Notes: generated by a model not told the origin, from the sequence alone. 64,000 nt of DNA from Flavobacteriales bacterium (GCA_002722245.1 PBLA01000003.1:23190-87189); one strand, 5' to 3'; shown: positions 53,801 to 63,335, counted from the first letter of the stretch. Numbers and translations are program-made.

Positions 53801-54195
53801 GAAAAAATATAATATTGATCACTACAATTAATAACAGGAACAACTGTAACTGCTGTTGACGAGGAAGGATCTGCTCCTAAAGGTTCAATATTTGGCGTAT
53901 TAAGATTTGGATCAACCCTTTGATGGTTTGAGTTATACAAATTAATCCCATCTGTGTAAAATAATAAGTCACCAGTATTTGGGTCGGATACAACTGTAAT
54001 ACCTTCAGTACTATTTAAAGCACCAGCATTCGGACCAGCTCCTACTAATGCTCCGATATTACCAGTATTATCAATTGAAAATTCAGAGGGGTCAGCACCG
54101 CTTCCGAATATCCAGTTCGTTCGCTCTAATTGGGCTTTACCTGTTAACCAGGAGAGTAATATTAAAGCTGCGATAAAAGTGTATTGTTTTTTCAT
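50845..54195 (-). CDS. Secreted 1116-aa protein with N-terminal beta-propeller-like region, right-handed parallel beta-helix (PbH1-like) repeats and T9SS type-A CTD
   Basis: Signal peptide MKKQYTFIAALILLSWLTGKAQ. Asn/Gly-rich beta-helix-like repeats (…NNTISNGILNRGNTVRI…NNFKVKENEISGFNTGIS…). C-terminal VYPNPAENELNVS…GYYSIVVSGDAKVETISFIKK. Confidence 0.75.
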   Translation of the reverse strand: MKKQYTFIAALILLSWLTGKAQLERTNWIFGSGADPSEFSIDNTGNIGALVGAGPNAGALNSTEGITVVSDPNTGDLLFYTDGINLYNSNHQRVDPNLNTPNIEPLGADPSSSTAVTVVPVINCSDQYYIFSDPTNNGNGRDLLVHVYDAATGVFSQFNGALPTLNNPLSGVNVQEGIIAIPNLTNPFEYWLITKVVDNASTFAVYKISSNGIQYSNQFNIGNVPNNAVLNPTYSATRLNDNINVEVAWSVFTAAPRSSIIMMETFNTQTGTFNGVGNTIGATTFPGATSAVVDLEYSINGQYLYYGCYGPSELYQIDLNNNNSISRIWWSGQGSGWNDLGGGLQTGVDGNIYHVSNAGWVAAASQTVGRITNTGSANPNYNPNVFQNTNTATRGFGLPNFTSESALNTILTSTEESICPGETAELAVEAHAIISGLDVNINHLVQTYEWFLDGQLIEIGGNTLEIDETGSYQSVVTYINGCQDIATIEVEESNNCCLLQSANINELQQILADQIISSGTVWEGKILIGDNITVTVDAAELDITNVDVVFGKCAAIVFNNGATLKANNSVFRPCDLVNTWHGLVFNNVNTVDVNSSTFINATMALDFQSTEGSVTNNLFENCLYGVNVDSRTDFARSITGNEFKVDTDFPLYEDCGRQVSINNNEPSGVNISRSEISGGISQNDFVSYSSNTSIQFHGIKMNASGATISQNNFSGNSTSIEANLGRRSVYPLNIEANTISVSNGLSNNGAFNFDIQISIRGGNQVWMLNNTISNGILNRGNTVRIPAVSLWNSNNFKVKENEISGFNTGISTINSTGQITSNDLLNNELYGIFSRRSDLNVMCNKIDMNKFNGRTARSGVGMFIRDGNGCNIHSNCIYDSSNPIYLFRNSGGSVRNNFLYNYSNAGLYVNNSQNIDFGTAISPGLNTFWSNSNTAIDVFCISGTMNMANNFGVNTFTFNTVNITQNFQYHSTASCAAQLNGFNQQMQLNTNLTCDDDENNPMFTPRSFDTEVISYAEILDPVYEEGTAVKSIESSMLEVYPNPAENELNVSLFSDNEQSEGMKLQVFNAHGQIVLSQEMDMVIGKSKIDVSGLVSGYYSIVVSGDAKVETISFIKK

Positions 54196-54467
54196 AACCT
54201 TCTTTTATTTTAAATTTTAATTGTAAAACAGGACTCAAAAGTAGATAGGTAGAGCCTTAAAAGTTTCGGTATTTTTTTTACATAATTTTAGAAAACCGAA
54301 CAAAAAAAATACGTAAATACCTGTAAAACAAGTACTTATCTGTGTTATAAGTTTAAAAAAAGAATCAAATTGAATGTGATAAAAAACCTAGTATTTAAGG
54401 TTTAACACTTTGAATTAATAAAAAGGGATTAGGAATTATTAGAAATAACTTTATTAACCTATAGTCT

Positions 54468-56738
54468 TTAATTAACAAAAACCCTTTCGTAAGTGATTAA
54501 GTTTCCGGACTGAAATTCTATGACATACACTCCTTTCTCAAAACTAGAAAGATTCAACACTTCATGTTGAGCAGGAGTAAGCAACTGATTAATTACTCTT
54601 CCCGACAAGTCCATAATCCTAATTTTATCAAGTTGCAACTTAGAATCTATATTAAATACCCCTGAGTTAGGATTAGGATATACCTTTAATCCTTTTTCAA
54701 GCAAATTTATATTGTGATCTTCTTTATTTAAAACAACAATAGGGTCTCCATAAACAACATTTGGTAATATCGTATCACCTTCATAGCTTACAATAATTAG
54801 GTCCGTTAATCTAATATCAAAATCTTTTACAATCTCTCCTAAGTTATCTGGAATAACGATTATACCTGTGGCTAAGTATCCCTGACCAGTTCTATTAATT
54901 TGGTCTGTTCTTGACATCCCAATATCAATTCCGTCGGTTAGTGGAAAACCATCAGCAATCATATCAACATTTTTTGTACCTAACCAACTGCCATTAAAAT
55001 TGGATGAGTTATCACTTCCAAAAACTTCTTCAAGGTCATGCTGCCATTTCATACTCAAACCATATACATTTTCAGCAGGTGTCACCGAGTCCCCTAAATA
55101 AATTTGGTAAACAATAGAGTCTGAACTTGACACTGTATCTGTTTTTGATGAAATGTAAAGAGGTGGACCAAAAGGATTTGTAGGTACGTTTTTATCCACT
55201 TTAAAAGAAACTTGCGAATAGTTTTGACGAACAGCTAATACATCATCAAAATCTATTTTTCCATCTCCATCTGTATCCGCATGTTTCAAATCAACTTCAT
55301 AATGTTTATTCCCCCAATCATCGCAGGTTTGATCTGTCCATGAGATAAGAGGTAATATTCTTCTTATACCATCAGAAACTCCAATACCTGCACCAATATT
55401 AATATAATCAGAGCTATTAACTTTACCATCATTATTTGCATCGCCAGGCCAAACACAATCATCCTCTATACATTTTCTGGGTTTCAATGTTATAAAATGA
55501 ATTGCTCCTCCTAAATATGCAGAGTCAGACCTCCATGATTCTCCAACAGCTACTTCAGGATAGCCGTCTGAATTTATATCTCCTACATGATATATCAGAC
55601 TGCCAAACTGTTGCTCTGGAAGATAATCCAATCCAGAAACCGTATTTCTATTTATTAACTCATACGCGGTAACATCACCTGATGAATCTAAAAAAAACAC
55701 ATAGGCCTCTCCATAATTATCAGGTGAAAATCCTTTATATGCAGTAACTAAAAGCTCATTTAGCCCATCAAAATTCAAATCAGGAAGAGATCTTAAAACT
55801 CTTCCAAAAGCAGAGCCGCTAACACTTAACCCACCAACAACAGGGTGAGAATTATCAATTCGTTTTGATGATTTCACCGAACCATCTGTATTTAATAAAA
55901 CAATCCAAAATCGATCTCCTTTTGTACCAGCGACTATGTCAGTCATTCCGTTCCCATCAATATCGCCTATATTTGCTAATCCATCACCAAATCCAGCATT
56001 TGGATATTTAATACCGGGAAAGTCCTCAAATGTTGGTAAAATCTTTTTGTAACCCTTTACTGTACCATTGGAATTTAAGTACAAAATATAGATTACTCCC
56101 ATATCAGCACCCACATCATGTGCTTCAAAAGCAGAGACAAAAACATCGGTATTTCCGTCATTGTCTAAGTCTCCTGCGGCAGAAACTTCCATTCCAAATT
56201 TATCGCCTAATGTAATATCTAAAATTGAGTTGTTTTGAGATATCTTAACATCATCCTTAACCGTTCCATCAGTATTCAAAAACAAGATATAAACCGCACC
56301 AGAATATAATCCAAAACCATTATCGTCCTGAGGCGCACCTACGACGACATCCATATTCCCATCTCCATCTAAATCACCTAATGTGTCAACTGATATTCCA
56401 AATGCAGCCTGCCTATGGATCAAACCTGAAAAACCACCTTTTCCTTCCCCAATAAATTGATAGGATTTAAATGTTCCATCAGAATTCATGAACGCAACAA
56501 CTAACTCACCCCGAGTAGTATGACCTAAGCCTGGTCCGGCAATAACCAAATCATTTATCCCATCCTTATCTAAATCACCTATTACTGTTGCTCCATGCAA
56601 ATAGGCGCTGTCCTCTTTAGGAATAAGTAACTCTTCGTTATTCAATTGAAAAGTTTTTAATAATTCAAAACTAAGTTGCTGACTGAATACAAAATTGGAA
56701 AACAGTATTAAAACTAATGATATATGTAATTTGTTCAT
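54468..56738 (-). CDS. Secreted FG-GAP (integrin-alpha-like beta-propeller) repeat protein with dockerin/EF-hand-like Ca-binding loops and T9SS type-A CTD
   Basis: Repeated GDLDKDGINDLVIAG / GDLDGDGNMDVVVGA / GDLDNDGNTDVFVSA / GDIDGNGMTDIVAG / GDINSDGYPEVAVGE motifs; DANNDGKVNSSD and DTDGDGKIDFDD loops. C-terminal KVYPNPNSGVFNI…GVYVIEFQSGNLITYERVFVN. Confidence 0.75.
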   Translation of the reverse strand: MNKLHISLVLILFSNFVFSQQLSFELLKTFQLNNEELLIPKEDSAYLHGATVIGDLDKDGINDLVIAGPGLGHTTRGELVVAFMNSDGTFKSYQFIGEGKGGFSGLIHRQAAFGISVDTLGDLDGDGNMDVVVGAPQDDNGFGLYSGAVYILFLNTDGTVKDDVKISQNNSILDITLGDKFGMEVSAAGDLDNDGNTDVFVSAFEAHDVGADMGVIYILYLNSNGTVKGYKKILPTFEDFPGIKYPNAGFGDGLANIGDIDGNGMTDIVAGTKGDRFWIVLLNTDGSVKSSKRIDNSHPVVGGLSVSGSAFGRVLRSLPDLNFDGLNELLVTAYKGFSPDNYGEAYVFFLDSSGDVTAYELINRNTVSGLDYLPEQQFGSLIYHVGDINSDGYPEVAVGESWRSDSAYLGGAIHFITLKPRKCIEDDCVWPGDANNDGKVNSSDYINIGAGIGVSDGIRRILPLISWTDQTCDDWGNKHYEVDLKHADTDGDGKIDFDDVLAVRQNYSQVSFKVDKNVPTNPFGPPLYISSKTDTVSSSDSIVYQIYLGDSVTPAENVYGLSMKWQHDLEEVFGSDNSSNFNGSWLGTKNVDMIADGFPLTDGIDIGMSRTDQINRTGQGYLATGIIVIPDNLGEIVKDFDIRLTDLIIVSYEGDTILPNVVYGDPIVVLNKEDHNINLLEKGLKVYPNPNSGVFNIDSKLQLDKIRIMDLSGRVINQLLTPAQHEVLNLSSFEKGVYVIEFQSGNLITYERVFVN

Positions 56739-56771
56739 GTGCTAAAAAGACCTAATAAATAAAATTATCTA

Positions 56772-56990
56772 TTATTTAACAAAAACCCTTTCGTAAGCAG
56801 TTAAATTCCCGGACTGGAATTCTTAATAATATACCCCTTTCTCAAAACTTTATAATTCAAATCCTGCCCAATTAGTAAAGTGGGTAAAACATGATTAAAA
56901 GAAAAACCAACATTATGTAATTCCTGTAATTAGTAACTGAATTTATTCAACATTTTTTATGCCTTATGAAAGAAACATTAATAAAAATTA
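56772..56990 (-). pseudogene. Orphan, degenerated remnant of a T9SS type-A CTD (3' gene fragment with in-frame stop)
   Basis: Reverse-strand translation gives …DLNYKVLRKGVYY*EFQSGNLTAYERVFVK*. The first ~100 nt are ~80-85% identical to 54477-54570 and 48941-49037. Further upstream, similarity to the CTD-coding region of the FG-GAP gene is decayed but recognisable. Confidence 0.55.
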
Positions 56991-56993
56991 TTC

Positions 56994-57030
56994 AAGAAAC
57001 AAAAAAGCCGGCAAGTTATGCTTACCGGCT
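56994..57030 (-). terminator. Rho-independent terminator of the sdh operon
   Basis: Minus-strand AGCCGGTAAGcataaCTTGCCGGCTTTTTTTGTTTCTTG, immediately 3' of the sdhB stop. Confidence 0.6.
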
Positions 57031-57049
57031 ACAACTTATTTAGTAAATA

Positions 57050-57805
57050 TTATTTATCCTTTGATAACACGGAAGCGCTCAAAAAGTCTCTATTCATTCG
57101 AGCTATATTGTCTAAAGAAATTCCTTTAGGACATTCCACCTCACACGCACCGGTATTGGTACAGTTACCGAAACCTTCTGTGTCCATTTGATCAACCATA
57201 TTCAATACTCTTCGATCTTTTTCTACCTGACCTTGAGGCAATAATGAAAATTGCGAAACCTTCGCGGAAACGAATAACATAGCAGATCCATTCTTACATG
57301 TAGCAACGCATGCTCCGCAACCTATACAAGTTGCTGCGTCAAAAGCCTTATCGGCATCTACTTTAGGGATTGGAATAGCATTAGCGTCTTGCGTATTTCC
57401 GGAAGTATTTACCGAAACATATCCTCCTGCTTGCTGAATTCTATCAAACGCACTTCTATCAACCACTAAATCTTTCACCACAGGAAATCCTGCCGATCGA
57501 AATGGCTCAATGGTAATGGTGTCGCCATCTTTAAACATTCGCATATGAAGTTGACACGTCGTTACTTTACGATCGGGTCCATGCGCCTCACCATTTATAT
57601 ACAATGAACACATTCCGCAAATTCCTTCTCTACAATCGTGGTCAAAGGCAACTGGCTCAATGTCATTGTTAATTAATTGTTCATTTAAGATATCCATCAT
57701 CTCTAAAAAAGAAGAATCAGGGCTTATATCTTTTACGTTATAAGTTTCAACTTTTCCTTTTGCTTTGGCATTTTGCTGACGCCAAACTTTTAAAGTTAAA
57801 TTCAT
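57050..57805 (-). CDS. sdhB: Succinate dehydrogenase / fumarate reductase iron-sulfur subunit
   Basis: [2Fe-2S] [10 protein letters not shown], [4Fe-4S] [11 protein letters not shown], [3Fe-4S] [12 protein letters not shown] cysteine clusters. Confidence 0.9.
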   Translation of the reverse strand: MNLTLKVWRQQNAKAKGKVETYNVKDISPDSSFLEMMDILNEQLINNDIEPVAFDHDCREGICGMCSLYINGEAHGPDRKVTTCQLHMRMFKDGDTITIEPFRSAGFPVVKDLVVDRSAFDRIQQAGGYVSVNTSGNTQDANAIPIPKVDADKAFDAATCIGCGACVATCKNGSAMLFVSAKVSQFSLLPQGQVEKDRRVLNMVDQMDTEGFGNCTNTGACEVECPKGISLDNIARMNRDFLSASVLSKDK

Positions 57806-57850
57806 GTCTTTACGTTTTTATGTTGCATATTTAAAAGCAACTGTTCACTA

Positions 57851-59866
57851 CTACTTGTAAGATCTTTGTTTTAATTCGATGTCATTAAATTCTAATTGCT
57901 CTTTATGCAAAACAGCATCGCTTGGTTCTCCTTTATATTCCCAAGCAGCAACATACCTAAAGTTTACATCGTCTCTTAACGCCTCACCATCTTGCTCGCC
58001 TCCAACTTCAACCGATTCTTCTCGGAAATGTCCTCCGCACGATTCGTTTCTGTGTAAAGCATCTTTTGCAAATAATTCACCCAATTCTAAGAAATCGGCC
58101 ACTCTTCCAGCTTTTTCTAATTCAGGATTCAATCCGTTTGCAACACCAGGAACTTTCACTTCTTTCCAAAATTCCTCTCTTATCTGTTTAATTTCGTCGA
58201 TTGCCTCTTTGAGACCTTGTTCGTTTCTAGACATCCCAACTTTGTTCCACATAACATTTCCTAAACGTTTGTGGAAATGGTCAACAGATTTAGACCCCTT
58301 GTTATTAATAAAGAAATCTAGTCGCTCCTTAACCTCTTTCTCAGCATCATCGAATTCTGTTGTATCAGTTGGAATTTCACCTGTTCGAATATCCTTTGAT
58401 AAGAAATCTCCAATGGTATACGGCAATACGAAGTATCCATCCGCTAGTCCCTGCATTAATGCTGAAGCACCAAGTCGGTTTGCACCATGCTCTGAAAAGT
58501 TCGCTTCACCAGCTGCATAACAACCCGGTACCGTTGTCATTAAATTGTAATCTACCCAGATACCTCCCATTGTGTAATGAACGGCAGGATAAATTTTCAT
58601 TGGTGTTTTGTAAGGATTCTCATCAGCGATTTTTTCGTACATCTGAAATAAGTTTCCGTACTTAGCCTCCACTACTTTAGTTCCAAGATCATTGACTAAT
58701 TTTTTATCATTAGCATCCAATCCTTTAATATTTGCCTCTGTTTTCCCATAACGTTCAATAGCTGAAGCAAAATCTAAATACACTGCTTCACCTGTTTGGT
58801 TAACACCAAAACCAGCATCACATCGCTCTTTTGCAGCTCTGGATGCTACATCACGTGGTACAAGGTTTCCAAAAGCAGGATATCTTCTTTCGAGGTAGTA
58901 ATCTCTATCTTCTTCTTTAATTTGAGTAGGCTTTAGTTTACCTTCTCTAATGGCCTGTGCATCTTCTAGCTTTCCTGGCACCCATATCCTACCATCATTT
59001 CTTAATGATTCAGACATTAAAGTTAACTTCGCTTGATCCTCACCAGAACGAGGAATACAAGTAGGGTGAATTTGTGTGTAACAAGGGTTCGCAAAAAAGG
59101 CGCCTCTTTTGTGCGCTTTCCATGCTGCGGATACATTTGAACCCATAGCATTGGTGGACAGGAAAAATACATTTCCATACCCCCCAGTACAAAGCACTAC
59201 AGCATGTGCAGAGTGTCTTTCTATCTCGCCTGTAACAAGATTTCGAGCAATAATTCCTCTTGCCTCGCCATTAATCTTGACCAAATCCATCATTTCATGA
59301 CGGTTGTACATTTTGATTTTCCCCTTATTGATTTGGCGATTCATTGCAGAATAAGCGCCTAACAAAAGCTGCTGTCCTGTTTGACCTTTCGCATAAAATG
59401 TACGGGACACTAATACCCCTCCAAATGAACGGTTATCCAACAAGCCACCGTAATCTCTGGCAAAAGGAACACCTTGCGCTACACATTGATCAATAATGTT
59501 CGCTGAAACCTCAGCTAATCGATATACATTAGCTTCTCGTGCTCTATAATCGCCTCCTTTCACGGTATCATAAAACAGTCGATAAACTGAATCTCCATCA
59601 TTTTGATAGTTTTTCGCCGCATTGATTCCTCCTTGTGCAGCAATAGAGTGCGCACGCCGAGGAGAATCCTGATAACAAAAAGCTTTAACATTGTAACCCA
59701 TCTCAGCTAATGAAGCAGCAGCAGAACCTCCTGCTAAACCTGTACCCACAACAATTACATCAATTAATCTTTTGTTCGCAGGGTTTACAACATTGATTTT
59801 ATTTTTATGATTGGTCCATTTATCTTTAATTGGACCTTCTGGTATGTTTGATTTTAATACTGACAT
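57851..59866 (-). CDS. sdhA: Succinate dehydrogenase / fumarate reductase flavoprotein subunit
   Basis: FAD-binding [17 protein letters not shown]; covalent-FAD His region [14 protein letters not shown]; active-site …HYTMGGI…. Confidence 0.9.
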   Translation of the reverse strand: MSVLKSNIPEGPIKDKWTNHKNKINVVNPANKRLIDVIVVGTGLAGGSAAASLAEMGYNVKAFCYQDSPRRAHSIAAQGGINAAKNYQNDGDSVYRLFYDTVKGGDYRAREANVYRLAEVSANIIDQCVAQGVPFARDYGGLLDNRSFGGVLVSRTFYAKGQTGQQLLLGAYSAMNRQINKGKIKMYNRHEMMDLVKINGEARGIIARNLVTGEIERHSAHAVVLCTGGYGNVFFLSTNAMGSNVSAAWKAHKRGAFFANPCYTQIHPTCIPRSGEDQAKLTLMSESLRNDGRIWVPGKLEDAQAIREGKLKPTQIKEEDRDYYLERRYPAFGNLVPRDVASRAAKERCDAGFGVNQTGEAVYLDFASAIERYGKTEANIKGLDANDKKLVNDLGTKVVEAKYGNLFQMYEKIADENPYKTPMKIYPAVHYTMGGIWVDYNLMTTVPGCYAAGEANFSEHGANRLGASALMQGLADGYFVLPYTIGDFLSKDIRTGEIPTDTTEFDDAEKEVKERLDFFINNKGSKSVDHFHKRLGNVMWNKVGMSRNEQGLKEAIDEIKQIREEFWKEVKVPGVANGLNPELEKAGRVADFLELGELFAKDALHRNESCGGHFREESVEVGGEQDGEALRDDVNFRYVAAWEYKGEPSDAVLHKEQLEFNDIELKQRSYK

Positions 59867-59882
59867 AACACGTAATATATAT

Positions 59883-60566
59883 TTAGTGGGTTAGTACATG
59901 AAACCATGCAATAACTATAAATAATAAAGGAACAAATACCGAATAAGCCTTTCCAAACTTTTCCAACCCCGGTGTATATTTTTTATCTCTAAAACCAACG
60001 GATTGGAATGTAGAGGCAAAACCATGTGCCAAGTGAAGCCCCAAGAAAATAAATGCTAAGGTGTAAACTCCTGCATTAATGGGATTACCCATAGTATGAT
60101 GTAATTCTTCCCAATACCTGAATTCTCCATTAGGTAATTTTCCTGACCAATCTCCTTTGAAAAATTTCGTGGCAATTTCATTGGCCCAAAACTGGATCAT
60201 ATGCACCACTAGGAAAAAGAAAATCATTAGTCCTGTGATAATCATATTTCTCGATACCCAAGAGGAATTGGCTGCTTGATTATCTGCCAAATAAGCCACT
60301 GGTCTTGCTTTTTTATTTTTTACAGTTAAAATAAGACCCATAGCATAGTGTACTAATATACCCGCAATTAAAATGGGTTGAGCGATGAACTGTACAATTG
60401 GGTTCGTTCCCATAAATTGGGATGCTTCATTAAATGCTTCCGGATTAATCACGGACAAAAAGTTAATGATAAGGTGTTGTAAGAGGAAAACCAATAGAAA
60501 CAATCCAGAGAGAGCCATGATGACTTTTCTACCGATTGATGTTTTCCCTAATCCTGATTTACTCAT
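59883..60566 (-). CDS. sdhC: Succinate dehydrogenase cytochrome b subunit (Bacteroidota b558-type membrane anchor)
   Basis: 227 aa with five predicted TM helices and conserved His; first gene of the sdhCAB operon. Confidence 0.75.
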   Translation of the reverse strand: MSKSGLGKTSIGRKVIMALSGLFLLVFLLQHLIINFLSVINPEAFNEASQFMGTNPIVQFIAQPILIAGILVHYAMGLILTVKNKKARPVAYLADNQAANSSWVSRNMIITGLMIFFFLVVHMIQFWANEIATKFFKGDWSGKLPNGEFRYWEELHHTMGNPINAGVYTLAFIFLGLHLAHGFASTFQSVGFRDKKYTPGLEKFGKAYSVFVPLLFIVIAWFHVLTH

Positions 60567-60805
60567 AGATTCAAAGTTTATGTTCTCAAATGAAATTTAG
60601 ATTCATACCACAAAAATACAACACAAATCGTTTATAACCTTGAATGGTACTTTGCAGTAGAAGGGGTATTCATAGACAGAAGTTATTAAAACATGTTGAA
60701 AAAGCCTTTAAACCCCTATTAATACTTATATTTGAGCGTGTTTACACCCTCATTTCCAGTTGGTATTGATGGTTTTTATTTAGAATCTTTCTAAACAAAT
60801 AAATT

Positions 60806-62101
60806 ATGAATGTGCGATATGACAAGATTGATTCAAATCTGTTTGTAACAAACAGAAACCGATTCAACAATCTAATGAAGGCTAATAGCCTAGCCCTCTT
60901 TCATTCCAATGATGAAATGCCCAGAAATGGGGATTGTTTTTTTCCCTTTCGACAAAATTCCGATCTCTTTTTTTTAAGCGGCATCGATCAAGAGCAATCT
61001 ATCCTGCTCTTATTCCCAGACTGTCCCAACCCTTCCTATCGAGAAGTACTCTTTATAAGAGAAACATGCGAACATACAAAAGTTTGGGAAGGACCGAAAT
61101 ACAGTAAAAAAGAAGCCATAGAGGTATCAGGAGTTAAAACCGTTTTTTGGCTAGAAAATTTCGATTCGATCTTCAATATGCTGACGAATTGGGCTACAAA
61201 TATTTACGTAAACCAAAATGAACATGACCGCGCAATTTCAAAGGTAGATTCTCGAAATCTAAGATTCACGCGTCAATTAAAAGATCAATTACCGGCTCAC
61301 AATTTTGAGAGAGCTACCCCCCTTTTAACACAACTACGAGCCATTAAGTCCTCTCTTGAAGTTGATTTAATTAAGCAAGCCTGCAGGATTACAGAAAAAG
61401 GGTTTAGACGAATTTTAGATTTTGCAAAACCTGGTGTTTGGGAATATGAATTAGAGGCTGAAGCTACACATGAATTTATTAAAAATCGTGCAAACGGCCA
61501 TGCTTACACACCTATTTTTGCTTCAGGTTCTAATGCCTGTATATTGCACTACACCCACAATAACAAGCAATGCAAAGAAGGAGAACTTGTTCTCATGGAC
61601 TTTGGTGCAGAGTATGCCAACTATGCGTCAGACTTAACGCGTACCATTCCTATAAATGGACGCTACTCTCCAAGACAAAAGGCCGTTTACCAAGCGGTTC
61701 GAAGAGTGATGACTGAGGCAACACAAATGCTCACTGTTGGCAACCTGTTGGATGATTACCACAAAGAAGTATGTAAATTAATGGAATCCGAATTAATCGG
61801 TTTGGGGATTTTAGACAACACGAAAGTGGCAAGACAATCAGCTCAAAAACCATTGTATAAAAAATACTACCCACATGGAACGTCTCATTTTTTGGGATTA
61901 GATGTGCATGATGTAGGTAATCGATACAATGCCTTTAAACCTGGAATGGTTTTTACTTGTGAACCGGGCATCTATATCCCTGAGGAAGGAATAGGAATTC
62001 GTATTGAAAATGATATTTTAATAACAGAAGATGGACCGGTTGACCTCATGAATTCCATACCAATAGAGATTGAGGAAATAGAGGATTTAATGAACAAATA
62101 A
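60806..62101 (+). CDS. Xaa-Pro aminopeptidase (M24B family)
   Basis: M24 pita-bread metal ligands (…LVLMDFGAEYANYASDLTRT…, HGTSHFLGLDVHDVG, …FTCEPGIY…, IRIEND). Confidence 0.85.
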   Translation: MNVRYDKIDSNLFVTNRNRFNNLMKANSLALFHSNDEMPRNGDCFFPFRQNSDLFFLSGIDQEQSILLLFPDCPNPSYREVLFIRETCEHTKVWEGPKYSKKEAIEVSGVKTVFWLENFDSIFNMLTNWATNIYVNQNEHDRAISKVDSRNLRFTRQLKDQLPAHNFERATPLLTQLRAIKSSLEVDLIKQACRITEKGFRRILDFAKPGVWEYELEAEATHEFIKNRANGHAYTPIFASGSNACILHYTHNNKQCKEGELVLMDFGAEYANYASDLTRTIPINGRYSPRQKAVYQAVRRVMTEATQMLTVGNLLDDYHKEVCKLMESELIGLGILDNTKVARQSAQKPLYKKYYPHGTSHFLGLDVHDVGNRYNAFKPGMVFTCEPGIYIPEEGIGIRIENDILITEDGPVDLMNSIPIEIEEIEDLMNK

Positions 62102-62102
62102 A

Positions 62103-62137
62103 AGGCCTTGCAAGAAGCAAGGCCCTTAGATTTTTGA
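62103..62137. terminator. Bidirectional rho-independent terminator between convergent genes
   Basis: GGCCTTGCaagaaGCAAGGCCCTTAGATTTTTG. Confidence 0.6.
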
Positions 62138-62150
62138 TTGGAGTTAAAAT

Positions 62151-63233
62151 TTAACGATGCAAAGCGTATCCAAAAGAGAATCCAAATAACCAACCATCAT
62201 TATCCGGAATAGCATATACATTAACAGGTATATTCATATTTCCTGCGTGAAAGGTTTTTCCAACTGCCCAAATCCATCCAGGCTGTAAAACAAACTCACC
62301 TCTATTGTCTAATCGATCTGAATATACACCTTGATAATTTGCATCATCTCTTTTTAAAATCCATTCCCCATTTTCATTTTCATATCCTCTAAGAATTTTC
62401 TTAAACCTAAATACAGGACCAAAACCTACTTCCCAACCATATTTAGTACTTCTGAAACCGTTTAGAAAGGATAAAGAAGGAATAGCCATCTGTTGATCTA
62501 AGCCTGTTAACGAGAAGTTCGTTTGAAAAACTGCCTGAACAGCACCGGTGTAAAGGTATGACTGCTCATACTGATACCCTATTACAGTCATTGATGGTGA
62601 CTTTCCAAACCCTCCTTCATCTTTACTCATTAGGATGTCTTGATTAATTCCCGTCATGTGTGACACTCCAAACCTTGGCCCCGAAAGGTTATAAGGCTTA
62701 ATTGTAGGACCTTCCAATTCTGCATTTTTCGCTTTATCAAAATCAAAAACGGCTAAATTCTCTAACTTAATCTTCTCATCAAAAAGACGTTTAACAGACA
62801 TCTCCATGAATTTCCAAATGTAATCCTCCTCAAATAAATATTCAGAGTAATCACTCTCTACCACCTTTTGTGTAGAAGGGTCAATCAACCTTAAATTAAT
62901 GGAGAGTTTATCTCCAGTAAGCTCTGCTGAACCTGTTAATGCATAGTCTACATCAAGAGCTTTTCCTAAATCAGATATACATTTCACACCAAAGCATTTC
63001 TTATCTGATGGAACATTTTCTTGAACTAATTCTGCCACGGTATATTTATCCACTACATCAAGGGTGTCCAGTTTTCGGATTTCAGCCGTAACCATTGAAA
63101 TATATTGTGCCTCTTTAAAATTTGAACCAATAACATCAAAATTTACAATTGCGATTGTTTCCTTTGCCATAATTGCGAATTGCGTTAAAATAAATAACCC
63201 AATTAATCCCATTTTTAATCTTACCTTTTTCAT
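62151..63233 (-). CDS. Hypothetical secreted/outer-membrane protein (N-terminal CsgG/LpoB-like alpha/beta domain suspected)
   Basis: Signal peptide MKKVRLKMGLIGLFILTQFAIMA. N-terminal IAIVNFDVIGS…AEIRKL…LDVVDKYTV pattern. Gly/aromatic-rich C-terminus ending …GFSFGYALHR, reminiscent of beta-barrel terminal strands. Function unknown. Confidence 0.55.
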   Translation of the reverse strand: MKKVRLKMGLIGLFILTQFAIMAKETIAIVNFDVIGSNFKEAQYISMVTAEIRKLDTLDVVDKYTVAELVQENVPSDKKCFGVKCISDLGKALDVDYALTGSAELTGDKLSINLRLIDPSTQKVVESDYSEYLFEEDYIWKFMEMSVKRLFDEKIKLENLAVFDFDKAKNAELEGPTIKPYNLSGPRFGVSHMTGINQDILMSKDEGGFGKSPSMTVIGYQYEQSYLYTGAVQAVFQTNFSLTGLDQQMAIPSLSFLNGFRSTKYGWEVGFGPVFRFKKILRGYENENGEWILKRDDANYQGVYSDRLDNRGEFVLQPGWIWAVGKTFHAGNMNIPVNVYAIPDNDGWLFGFSFGYALHR

Positions 63234-63335
63234 AATGTATTGTTTTGAATTTAAAACAAAGTTCAGGCAATAGAAGAGGGATTCGTAATTGATTTACGCA
63301 CTCGAAATTTATTTTTTTGCATTTTTTGCAAATTG

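Noticed and set aside
54196-54467. 272-bp AT-rich intergenic region, considered as a possible small RNA or mobile-element scar
   Set aside because: It contains a plausible Bacteroidota -7 box (TAnnTTTG on the minus strand, about 40 bp upstream of the start codon at 54195) and otherwise only homopolymer runs. It is most simply the promoter/5' UTR of the beta-helix cargo gene.
57879-58520. 213-aa ORF on the + strand, Ser/Pro-rich
   Set aside because: It lies entirely antisense to the strongly supported sdhA flavoprotein gene. Its low-complexity composition is typical of a shadow ORF.
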